In this document: in pieces, positions 1-11,737 of the stretch
Position numbering within the stretch: the first letter of the stretch is position 1
Layout: each line of letters opens with the position of its first letter
Origin: Anthoceros angustus
Taxonomy: Eukaryota > Plantae > Anthocerotophyta
DNA: 64,000 bases
Direction: 5' to 3'
Assembly: GCA_010909165.1 (NCBI GenBank)
Contig: MU008155.1
Coordinates: forward strand, 124,001-188,000
Made by a program: the position numbers and the translations under genes
Notes under the pieces: model-generated
Database searches by the model: none
The model's input: only the letters and a program-made list of their open reading frames with translations
What the model was told of the DNA's origin: nothing

Positions 1-971
1 GAGGGCGCCTCACCTCCTCCCACGGAGACCTCCTCCCTACGGTAGGGGAGTGCCTATGCCTACCTTCCACCGCCACCCTACACCTCCTCCGTGAGGGTGC
101 ACCACTCAAACACTTCCCAATTAGCTCATGTGACTTCCGCAAATATAACACCTCACACAAAGGCACCCCATCTCGTGATCCACCCCTACGCATCTAGCAC
201 CTCTAGCTCGCATATGGCTTTAGCCACACAATCACCAGTTCTTACACTTCACTCATCCAACACAAAATTGGCTGCACAACACTGAAATAAATTTATTCCC
301 TTGAACTCCTCACCAACTCCATCTCGTATCAACCCTCCTTGCTCCACTCTCCTCGGCCACCACAACGGCCTCCTTCACTTTGACTTGCAGCCCCACCGCA
401 AATTCCGCCTGGCCATGATGCACACCCGTGTGATCCTTCACCATGTTGCAGCCCACCGCAACACCGCCTTCCTATGGTTTGGCCACACCTCCATCTTGCA
501 GCCCAGCTACAAATTCAGCTTCTTGGTAGTGCTCTACCACGGCCTTCCTAGTTCAACACGGCCTCACATCGTGACTCCATTGAGCACTTCCATGTGCCTC
601 GGCGCCATAGCCTCCTCTTGCAACCCTTGTGGCTGCTCACCTCAACATGAGCTCCTCGCTCCCATCCTTGCACCGATTCTCCTCTCTCATCTTTGAGCTC
701 CCAACCTAGAGCCACCGCGGATCTGCACAATTCCACCATTACGGGCACTTGACCCATCTTCCTACTGCAACCCTTGCCACACATCTCTACCTAGCGTCCT
801 CCTTCTTGCCAAAATCTCAACAATATGAGCTTTGCCCATGTCTCACTTCTTCCACACATGTGGCAAATTACTTTGCCTTCCCCTCAAACCTGGTGGTGGT
901 CCCCAATAATCAGGCCTTTGCCTCTGCAAGCCTATCAACAGCTACTTGTGCAGCAACCTCAAGCTACTTCC

Positions 972-1292
972 TGTTAAATATATAACCATCGCGGGTTAAA
1001 TGCCCATAGCTTATTAAGGTTTACGTAATTAGGTTATGACTCATCATTTATTTATGCCTAGGGCTTTAGGTAGTTAGTTGTTATATTAGTTGCAACAACT
1101 TATGGTTGCAACAACTTATGGTTGGAACAACTTATGGTTACAACAAACTTGTTGTTGTAACCACCCAACCACCTAGCCTATTTAAAGGCTTGTACTTTAC
1201 TCTTGATTATTCATTGAATATACTTAGTCATTCATTATCTCTTGCTTTCCTTTGCCTTCCTAACTTAGCTAGGTGCATAAGGATTTTCCACA
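972..1292 (+). repeat. 5' LTR of C1
   Basis: Matches 6584-6894 with a handful of substitutions and small indels; contains 16-bp GTTGCAACAACTTATG repeats and a TATA-like ATTTAAA. Confidence 0.95.
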
Positions 1293-2297
1293 TGGTATCG
1301 AGGCAGAGCCACTTCACGATTTTTGTTCTTTGTGCAATGCCTCGTGGGAGGGACTCCCGTGCATCACCACTTATCGTGAGGTTTTCCCACGCAACTCTGA
1401 TGTACAACGGTTCCTCCAACTTGCAGCGGACCATGGAGCCAATATTTTGGCGAATATCGTACCCGGATCCGTGCGCATTGGCGAGGCAAGCACAAACGCA
1501 GCGATATCGTAATCAGAGAGATCGTGAGGGAGGCAATATCGGATGAAGAAAATGATGATTATGTCCCGGACTCTAGTGAATCACTATCAAAATTGATCAA
1601 CTATCACTATGGAAGACTTGATGTTGAATTTCTCAATTGATTGCAAGACAAGATCTCTTTCTCACACCGCATGATATGGAGAAGAGATTGCAGCATAGCA
1701 TTAATCAATGCACCAAGGATATAAGTGATGGTGTATACGCATTTGATTGATATTTATGCAACAATCGGATTTGAAGAAAAAAATTGGGCCAATCGGGCAA
1801 AGCCACGATGATATTCTTTGACCGCTGCGGCGTGGAGGGATGATTGCGGTGGTGCGCATTGCTTGGGAGCCCACTTCTATCACGGAGCAAGAAATTGCTT
1901 GTTTTTGCTTGAGATTTGCTGTCTGCAATTCTTTGCATGCATTCTTTGCTGCCCAATTCTTTGTTGCCAATAGGTAGTTATAAAAAAAAAACAGTTATTA
2001 TAACCACCTCTCCACCACCAGAAAATTCACATGAATTTTCTTATTAGTTAGGGCACCTTCGTTTTAGGGCACGTTTCAGATTTTAAGATAGTTTTTGGAT
2101 TTTAGGGCACCTTCGTTTTAGGGCACGTTTGATTTGAAGTTAGTTTTTGGATTTTAGGGCACCCTTTATATTTTTAGGGCACCCTTCACATTTAGGCAGT
2201 TACCTAGATATGAATCTCCCACATTTTCTATTGACTCGTAGACATCTCTCTTGTAGCAGTCCTACTAGTTACATTCACTTGACATTACGAACTCGCC

Positions 2298-5200
2298 ATG
2301 GCAACACCTTCATTCACATCGATATCAAGGACAAAGACCGCTTCAATGGGACGAGATTTGACATTTGGAAGGTCCGTATGAAGACTACCTTGGTAGCTCG
2401 TGGCGTTTGGAGTGTTGTTGATGGCTCCTATCCGGACCCGGTGTCCACAGTGCTGAGCTGCTGCAAATGTTACTCAAGCGAGGACAAGTGGGATGGCTTC
2501 AATAGCATCGCCATTGCTCTTTTGGTTAACGGCTTGGATCAGACCTTCACGAAACCGAATACTTGACTAAAGCCAAGGATATATGGGATCAATTATCAAA
2601 TACTTACAAGGTTGAACATGATGACCTTTTGTGCAATTGCCTTGAACTGCGACTGCGCATGAGAGATGGTGAGTCCGTGTCACATCATGTTAGCAAGTTT
2701 CGACACTTGCGATCCCAACTCAATGCACTTGGGAGTCCTATGAAGGCGATGGCACAATTCTGGTCGCCTTCCGCAAGCTATCAAACTTTGTCACTACTCG
2801 AGAATGCCCATTGCTCTTCTGGGGTCCTTCCCATTGGAACTCCAACCCCTTCTGGAGGTATTGTGGGAGCCCTATACCAAGAAGAACAGACACGACTTAT
2901 GAGAGGGCAGCAAAAGCAACACAAAACCGACAAAGTTTTTCAGCAACTAGAGGCGAGGCGAGGAGGAGAAATCAATCAACGTCTTGGCCCGGTTCTTACA
3001 CACACAACACCGTTCATCTTCCTCTACTCGAAGCGGCAAGGTACATGCAATTGGTGTGGTACTCGGTCATTGGGCAGAATCTGGAAGAAGAAAATGGCGA
3101 GCCTCAACGGGCTTTTTCTCGACCTCTGCACACATGACCACACAACAAGCCGGTCAAGATGAGTCCTCAACAACATCCACAAATTCGAGGCAAGCCCGGT
3201 GGTGAAGATTCTTCTTGTTTGTCTTAATAACACTTTGAGTGAGGTGGATTGGTGGTTTTGGACTCGGGGCCACGGCCCATATCTGGGATGCATCTCTCTT
3301 TACAGTTTGATCACAATCGCGAAAAGGTATACTTGGGTGATGAGTGTGGGGAGTAGTCTTGATCCTTGGTAGAGGAGTCAGAGTTTCCCCTACTAGTGTG
3401 TTAGTTCTTCCCGACGTCTTGTATGTACCAAAGATGGCTAAGAATTTGATGTCACTTAGCAAATTGATGAAGATGAAGGATCTAGTCCTTACGTCTCGAG
3501 ATGGCGCTTGTTGTTTCTCTAGACGTAGTGCTCCAAACATTTGTATCTTCAAAGCCTTTGTAGATTGTTGTACCGTCTAGACATTTTACGCCTCCGTGAC
3601 GCAAGCATTTTCTACTAGCGACCTCACGGTATCCAGAGCCGGTATGGCATGCTTAGCCATGCTATGAACTAAACTCATTGATATCTCTAAGCGGGACTAC
3701 TATGAGCCTCTTCCACGTTGTTTTAATGAGCTCCCCATTTGTGAAGTTTGCACTCTTGCCAAGCAAAGACTCCTTTCCAAGAGCACCGCACACAGTCAAC
3801 ATCGATCCTCGACTTAGTGCATTCGACATATCAGGCGGGCTACAAACTCGGTCACTAGGTGGTGCAACCTATTATTTGACATTAAGCGGACTATAGCGGT
3901 ATCGTGGACATACCCTATGCATCATAAGAGTGATACATTTTCTATCTTCAAGGATTGGTTAACCATGCTGCCAAAGCGTCGTTTGCTAAAGCTTTCGATG
4001 ACACGGTGGTGAATTTGTCGACCATGCCTTCACGGAGTTCTGACAAGGCATTATTCGTTATCGTTCCATATACCCAACAAAATGGGAATTGTGAGCGAAA
4101 GAATCAAACATTGATGGGAATGACGAGATCAATGCTCTTGTGGTCGATTACCTTCTCCATATTGGGCGAAGGCGAATTCTGACTACATATACTCACAGAC
4201 TTCCATCACATTCGGTCCACGGTATCGCCTTTGAGAGATTCGGAAGAAAACCAAGTATGCATCTTCGCATCTTTGGTTGAAAGCTTATGCATACATACCT
4301 GCTTGAGAAGGCGTAAACTCGACAATCGTTCAAAGGGGTTAGTATTTGTTGTGCAATGAAATTGCTAAAGCCTACAAACTCATTGATGCAGACACCTTAC
4401 AAGCGTAGCAAGGTGACCTTTGAGACATTGGAGCCACCAATCACGAGGACGTTTGCTTGCTCAACATGATGGTAACTTGACATTCGCAGAGGAACATTCG
4501 ACTACCGATGATGTTGATGGAATACTCGGATATTCCACCCTTGCAACCTCATTGTCTGCCTCACCAGAACCCACCAATTCCGGTGGCCTGACCAAGCGGA
4601 TCTTGATCCTCCGATTCGATGCACAAGTAGATGCACTGATGCTGAAAATTCAATCATGAACAACGAGAACCCGGAAAATCATGTAGACTCGGTGAACCAG
4701 CGGTTCTTCTCATGCCTATTACGATGAGAATGACCATTTACGAGAGAATGCTCCTCAACGATGCGTCGATCCACCCGTGCATCGTCCTCCATCCGAATGG
4801 ATAGAGCCCCTTACACATCCATCGACTTTCAAGTCGGTGGGAGTTTGCACCACCCACAATGCCTCCTTGCTATCATCCCTCCTGACTGTCACCCTCAAAG
4901 CATTTTCGGTCGAGATAGGGATAAGTGGAAATCTGTGATGGATGATGAATTTAATAGCCTCATACAAAATGGTACAGAAACTTGTTCCTCGACCAAAGGC
5001 GTAAACCCATAACATGCAAATGGGTATTTAAGCATAAATTAGATGCTAATGGCAACATAGCAAGATATAAAGCGAGGCTACCGTGGGTTCACGCAAATAC
5101 ACTCGGACTTTCAAGAGACCTTCTCTCCGGTGGTACGCTCTCAATCAATCCGTCTTATGCTTGCTTTAGGCTGCTGGCGTGATTTTGAAGCACGGGATGG

Positions 5201-6269
5201 ATGAAAGCCTTCTTGCATGGAATTTTGGAGGAAGAGCTGTATGGAACGGCCCGAAGGATAAGATCGATCATCGAGACTATGTATGTATCAAATGCATATA
5301 TGGTCTTAAACAAAGCGCGAGCGTTGGAATGCAAGAAATTTGGATACATGCGGAGAATTTGAGCCCTACTGATCCCTCTGTTTATATCTATGATGATGGC
5401 ACCTCCTATGTACCGCTTGCCGTTTATGATGATGCAATCTTTCCGGCAATGACACTGGTATTAGCAGTACAAGACATCTGAACGAGTTTGAAATAGCGGA
5501 TGTTGGGGAGGCTGAAATTTTGTCTTGGAATTCAAGTGTTGAGGATCGTGAAGAGGGCACTGTGATCATACACAGTATATATTTGAAATCCTTCAACGCT
5601 TCAATGCATGCACATCCAATACACCTTGTGCAAGTGGGTGAAGCTCACCAAAGGCCACACTCGGCGGACATTCAGTGAAAGATGTTCCCTCACATCACCT
5701 TGATTGTATTTGCTATTGTGAGCAATTGGACCCGGCGGATATCATATCTGTGGACTTCAGTTCGGAATGCCACGGCGTAATCCTTGCCATCAAGCGAGTA
5801 TTTCGTTTGAAGGAACACATCATTATGGCTTATACAAGAGAGCGAGTGACACCTACCTTCGTCGCCTTGGGCATCGATGGGGATACAACATGTGTTCTTC
5901 TTATCCCTCCTCTGTCACATGGAGTTGTAAGAAAGCGACGCCCTTTCAATCGGCGAATACAAATGCCTTCTCGCGAAGAAGGCGAGTGGGCACGTTCCTT
6001 CCTCTCCTCGTTCATCGGCGGGTATCACCCTCATCTTTGTATTGTGATAACCAATGCCTTAGCCCTTGTTGATCGTCCTAGGTTTCACTGGGACGAAGCA
6101 TATAAGTGCACACCATTATGTGAGGGCGTCAAGGCTAGGGGATCATCAATCACTGTACATCCATCGAGAATCACTGGATGTCCTCACTAAGCCTCTACCT
6201 AAACACAAACATCAGACACATGTAGAGGGCTTGGGCCTCATGGATTTCACCAAATATTTTACTACATGA
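2298..6269 (+). pseudogene. copia gag-pol of C1 (many frameshifts)
   Basis: Gag (RFNGTRFDIWKVRMK..L..RGVWSVVDG; AKDIWDQLSNTY), PR (W.LDSGAT.H ~3250), integrase (PYTQQNG.CERKN.TL), RT (KPITCKWVFKHKLDANGNIARYKARL), RH end (TKHI..HHYVR; DVLTKPLPK). Confidence 0.9.
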
Positions 6270-6583
6270 TAGCTTACATTGTGGTCAGACCCACATGCTC
6301 TGTAACAGATCTAGTCTCCCTACTGTGATGTCTTCACAAGCTCTTGTCCTAATTCTTGTCCTTCACAACTAATTCTCCATGCATCTAGTGGATGAAGCCA
6401 CACACCTACCTAATCCTGGGGCATGGAAATCAGCTCACCTCCTTGTCACTTGCTTCACTTGCTTCCGTTCATCTCCGCGCTCATGGTGTACAAGGCAGGA
6501 ACCCAGCTTGATATATGAGAATTTTCTGGATAAGACTTTATTTAAAGTAGATTTTGATTTAACCCGTCGAGGTTAAGTGGGAG

Positions 6584-6894
6584 TGTTAAATATATAACCA
6601 TCGTGGGTTAAATGCCCATAGCTTATTTAGGTTTACGTAATTGGGTTATGACTCATCATTTATTTATGCCTAGGGCTTTAGGTAGTTAGTTGTTATATTA
6701 GTTGCAACAACTTATGGTTGCAACAACTTATGGTTGAACAACTTATGATTACAACAAACTTGTTGTTGTAACCACCAACCACCTAGCCTATTTAAAGGCT
6801 TGCTTTACTCGATTATTCATTGAATATACTTCGTCATTCATTATCTCTGCTTTCCTTTTGCCTTCCCTTAGCTAGTGCATAAGGATTTTCCACA
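6584..6894 (+). repeat. 3' LTR of C1
   Basis: Preceded by the PPT, followed by TSD CTTCC. Confidence 0.95.
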
Positions 6895-9800
6895 CTTCCT
6901 TGGCTTAATTGCCTTCATGCGTTTCCCTCACGTAGGAGCTACTCGCGTGGGTCATCAAACGCTAGCTAGGCACTTACCTCGGTGGTGGGACATTCTCCTA
7001 CCCATACCTACGGGGGTAGGAGTTCTCTCCATTTACTACCGTGGTAGGAGTTTCTCTCCTGGGTGGTAGGATCCTCCTACCACATATCTCCCACCAGTCC
7101 ATATGTCTCCACCTCCTCACTAGAAGGTCATTTTGATCGCTTTCTTTTCCACCTAAGTATCCTCTCGCCTTCCCGACATCCTATAGCTCCAGCCTTCAAG
7201 AACAAAAAACATTTCTCAATGTTTCCACCAAACCATTTCTATCAAAAGAATTCGGACTGTTAAAAACAACTCACTTAAACTAGTTGCCCAAACTTTTTAG
7301 TTCCATACTCCCCTCCTGCTTAAGTCCTCAAGAACGGACTCTCCTGAAGGTACTTGCCTTCCACCCATTCACTCTAGTTGGCCAAATCCCCATCCATCAC
7401 TCGTGTTGCGGATCCATTCTCACACCGCACCACCACCTGTGAGGTCCTATCCATCTCAACCTAAGCTTCCTCGGTAGTCCATATGGCGGCTATCATATAG
7501 AAGAACCAAATCCCGCCATGATAGCTTCCACTTCCTCAACTTTATCATGCCTATCCTTTCTAAGCTCCCGAATCAGCTTGAGTTTCTTCTAGCATCTTCC
7601 CCTCCTCACCTCTATGAAAGATTCTAGTCAACTTCCGACTCTCCTTTGCGCTATATCGCTCATCCCCCATGATTCTATAGGTAGGTACCTCAAATTCAAT
7701 GGGCATCATTTGTTAACATGGAGTCTTCTTGGTAGTCACTTTTCTCTCTGTGAAGCCCACAATGCCTACATCTAAGATCTTCTTCACCGTGATTTACCTT
7801 TGGATAATGGCCTCAACCTCTTCTCGCATGCACGCCTTCTTTAATAGAAGCTTCCTTCCTTTCCGAACAACATCGGATCTTCTCATCAAACCAAGCTTGT
7901 ATAAGACCCCATCTCTTGGAACAATGAAGGCCTGACTCTAGGAGAAAGACATACGCCCTTCCCTAGACAAACTATCAGCATGATTCCGTGCTCAAGAAAT
8001 TTTACCTCACCATTGAATAACGTGGACATGGGAGTCCTTCACGTTCTAACCTCCTCTTCCCATGCACTTTTTGCCAATTCCTGCTACCTCGCCCACCGAC
8101 GGACAAGGACTCAGGCATGTTATGTACATTATGACCCGTGGACGCCGCCTCGCTTCATCGGCCAGTAGCTGCGGTATCACGCTGCGGTCGTCAACTTGCT
8201 CTTCTTGCAGCGGTGTTCGCCATGATAACCTTAGGCTCCTGCCCGGAAGCTAGCTCGCGCTCCTACGACAATACTCTCGACATGCCGTACTCCACAAAAG
8301 TGGCTTCCTTGGTCGCCCATGAATTCGCCAATTCCCTCCTGCAGTTTCTAAGCTCCTTGGATCGCGGTTCTTCACCGCTCCTTTCCATGCACACCATCCT
8401 CGAGCCGTCCCTACTCCGAGGCTCCATCATACGCGCGCTCCACACACGCCATGTGTGGGAGTCCCTCCACGATTTCTCCGCTTTCTCTTCTCCTTCGCCA
8501 ACCAGTGGCCTCCACTTGCAGCCCTCTTGATCACCCTTTCTCCTCGCCGTAATCCCCAATTCATTAGGTTGCAGCATCTCCTGCACAAAACTCCCTTCAC
8601 GGATCCTTGGCTTTCTAACGGCATCAAGACTTGCCCTTCAGCCTCTAGGCCAGCCACGCTTTGCTTGTTTCCATCTAGCTTGTTCACCAGTGGATGTTGG
8701 TGCTGTGGCCACAACCTCGCCTTCAACTCGGCTCACAAAACTAGCTTCTCCGTGCACGTCGATGCTGCAGGCATCCATGCCTGCAGGTCGTGGACCTGTG
8801 CATCATCGCTGGTACACCATCTCCCGACCTTCTAGACTCATGTCTAGCCCCAGATCGCACTCTAGCAGGCGATCTCCTTACGTTCTTTGCGATTTCACGG
8901 CCAATTTCGCAATCGACCGTGAATTGGTGACGCTCCTTCTTGCAATTCCACGCAAGCATATCTTGAGGTGTGATTTCTCCACAATCCTCCTTCATACACA
9001 TCACCATAGAGCCATCCTCGCTCCACGGGCTCTAGCGCACAGCTCCTCGGCACACCATTTTGTGTGCCACTTCTCCTTCCTCCAAATTGCGATTTCTTGC
9101 AATTTCTCCATCATCCTTGCCACCATCGTGGCCTCCTGCTAGCTCGCTTACCAGCAGACCCGGGCGTTGTTGCCACGGCATGCTCAACCTCATTCACAAA
9201 ACCGTTTCCTCCTGTTTTGCCAATCTTTGCAAGTTTTCCCGGTCGGTTCTCCCTTCAACCAAGTTCCGATTTCCTCCCTTCTTGTTGGCCTAGCCTCATG
9301 TCCAGGTCAGATCGCGCTCCCATGGCGACCTCCTCGCCTTGCTGCACTCCATGGTGAATTTTGGTGATTGCCCAGATCAACTCTCCCTGCGGTTTACGCT
9401 CAAACTTTTCATGAAGCGCATCTCCTCCTTCGCCCTCTGGCGTGTCCACCTCCCTAGGGCCTTCTCCTCCTCGCGGCCTCATGGCGCACGGCCAACCTCG
9501 CCAAGTGGGGCGCCTTCCTGTCAAAAGCGGTGCTCTCATGTCGTTTTTGCTTCTTTCTTTGCCATCGTGATGGCCTCCACTTGCAGCCCTCACTGCTCAC
9601 CCTTGAGAGCATTTCAGCCTCCTCCTCGCGCCCATGCTGGCGCCCTCTTATCCTCTCGGTTCCAGTTGTCCTGCTGCAACTTTTCACCTTTCTCCCTTCT
9701 TGCTCATTTGGCCTCTCTGGCAACAAGTCTTGCTGATCAATCCTTAGGCCGTCTACAACATGCTCACGTCCTCCCCTTGACCCAGGCGTGGCAACTCCTC

Positions 9801-11717
9801 GTCGAAATCGGTCATCAGCAGCCTCCCGTTTTCAGTTTTCGATCGAATAAGACCTTCATTCACATGTTGCTCCCCAACTTCTTCAACTCTACCATCTCCT
9901 CTACACCTAGGTACTTAGAAATCCTTGCTACCGGACTCTAGCTCTCGTCTTCATCATCACATTCCCTCAGAACTTCCCGAACTTTTATCGGAAAGGTCAC
10001 TCCTTACAGACGTGGTGGTACTCTCTTGAAGTAACCATAAATCCCTCTACATAATCATACAAAGACTCCCCCTCTTCCTTGAGTTCTCAAGGACCAACAT
10101 GTGATCTCGTTTCTTCTCCCCAAATCTCACATCTTGGCTGGGCGGGTGTGACTCCCACCACCTCTTCCTCCTATCATGGTCAAGGGCGTCCACAAAACTA
10201 TGGGCACACCTCCCAGCAATTCCACCATATTGGCGTAAACAAATGCCACCGGGATGTACTATACAGACTTGGGCACACAAGCGCCTCAGTCCTCTAACAA
10301 GCAAGGTTGAAAGGGCAGCAAGATGGGCAATAATTCGATCAAGACCTTGCAAAATATCAGCCATTAGATTTCATACCCCAACTTCTCCTTGCCAAATCTC
10401 ACCCTCTTGCCTTCCTCCTCTTGACGACAAAACTCGAGCTAGAAGAGCTCAACAATCCCACCCAAAAAGTCCTCCTCTTGCGAGCGGAAGATGTACCTTG
10501 AAATTACTAATGGCTCGGTTCTTGACCCTCACCCTTGATGATCGGCAACTCCTCGGCAACAACTTCCTCTCTCTCGTGAGCACAACCTCCTCCCTCTTAA
10601 ACTACCTCTTCTTCCTCAACGGAACCCTTGAAAATGTTAGCACATAGCTTCCTCAGAGTTCTCTCCTCCTTCTTCCTTTGCACATCAGCAACTAAGCTTT
10701 CTTCACATGATTTCTCCATTCAGTTCACAAATCCCTTGCAGACAAAGGCGGGGTGATCTCCTCTCAACTCCTACAAAAATTACTTCCTCCCTCCCCGAGC
10801 TAGACTTACGCAAGCACGCTCACACCCCTCAACACACAACTATCCAAACAGCAAATCCCCTCCTACTCTGTTCCACTCATGTTGCTTGGTCCGGATGAGC
10901 TAGGCGAACTCACACTCCCTTCCTCTCCTGCGGTAAATTCTCCAACCAAAGTTCTCTGCGAGAAAGGGTGTCACACAAAGATTGGGGCGGTTGTGGGATG
11001 GTGTCTCCCCTAGGTGTCGTCCCAAGGCTGTGAGCTGGCGGTGATTCTATCAAGGCTCCAAGATCTTGAGACCAGCTGAAATTCCTGCTCACCTTCTTCT
11101 TCACTTTACATTTTTTGAAGTTGAGCTAGATCCACCACTCCACGAAGGTCCAGCGTTGAGAAGGCCCAGTGCTGGTAGCTGAATTTGAATCGCACTCAAG
11201 AAATGGTGCCTCCTCCTCGCTTTCCTCTTCAACACCAACTCCTCTTCAACCACCTCCTTTTTGTTGTGATTTCACATCCCTTCTCGAGGAGTTTTCTTGG
11301 ATCACTTGCCTCCCCTTGTAGGCAAGGGCAAAAAACCTCCTCCTCAAGCGCCCTTGTCTCCTCCTCCTCCACAGGCGCCAAGCTGCGTTTTCCTCCCTCA
11401 TTGATTTCTTCTTGCGGCTCTTAGATCTCTTGCGATGGGGTGGGGTGACCTCCTCGGTTTCTCCTCTCCCTCCCTCTGCTAGACATGCAAGCATCCTCAT
11501 AGCCTCCAAAAATGGTCAAAGAAAAATCAGCCACTCATCGCCATTCTTGCTGCGGGAACACAAATCACACCATTCGGGAGGCGTGGAGCTCCTCCTTCCA
11601 CGCAGGTTCAGGACGTGTAGGCTTCTTCCTAGACCCCGCTCCACCTCCTTACAAGATCTTCTCGGCTCATCTTGCAAGCTAGCGAAAATCTCAAAATTTC
11701 AACCGTTCGACACAAGT

Positions 11718-11733
11718 CCCGACAGCAGCGCCA
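11718..11733 (-). promoter_or_regulatory. Primer binding site of G1 (Athila-type, tRNA-Asp-like)
   Basis: Minus strand reads CACA TTTT TGGCGCTGCTGTCGGG, a variant of TGGCGCCGTTGCCGGGGA. Confidence 0.8.
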
Positions 11734-11737
11734 AAAA

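Larger units (their letters stand above)
972..6894 (+). mobile_element. Full-length Ty1/copia LTR retrotransposon C1
   Basis: LTRs 972-1292 and 6584-6894 (TGTTAAA...TTCCACA). Perfect 5-bp TSD CTTCC (967-971 and 6895-6899). PBS TGGTATCGAGGC at 1293. PPT GGTTAAGTGGGAG 6571-6583. Domain order gag-PR-INT-RT-RH. Confidence 0.95.
1..7307 (-). repeat. 3' LTR of G1 (partial; split by copia C1 at 972-6899)
   Basis: Direct repeat of the 14330-15642 part of the 5' LTR; the empty site GCTACTTCCTTGGCTTAATT is seen at ~15201-15220. Confidence 0.85.

Noticed and set aside
91-985. Plus-strand ORFs here and throughout 7700-15600
   Set aside because: Pyrimidine-rich antisense shadows of the minus-strand G1 element; no recognisable motifs.
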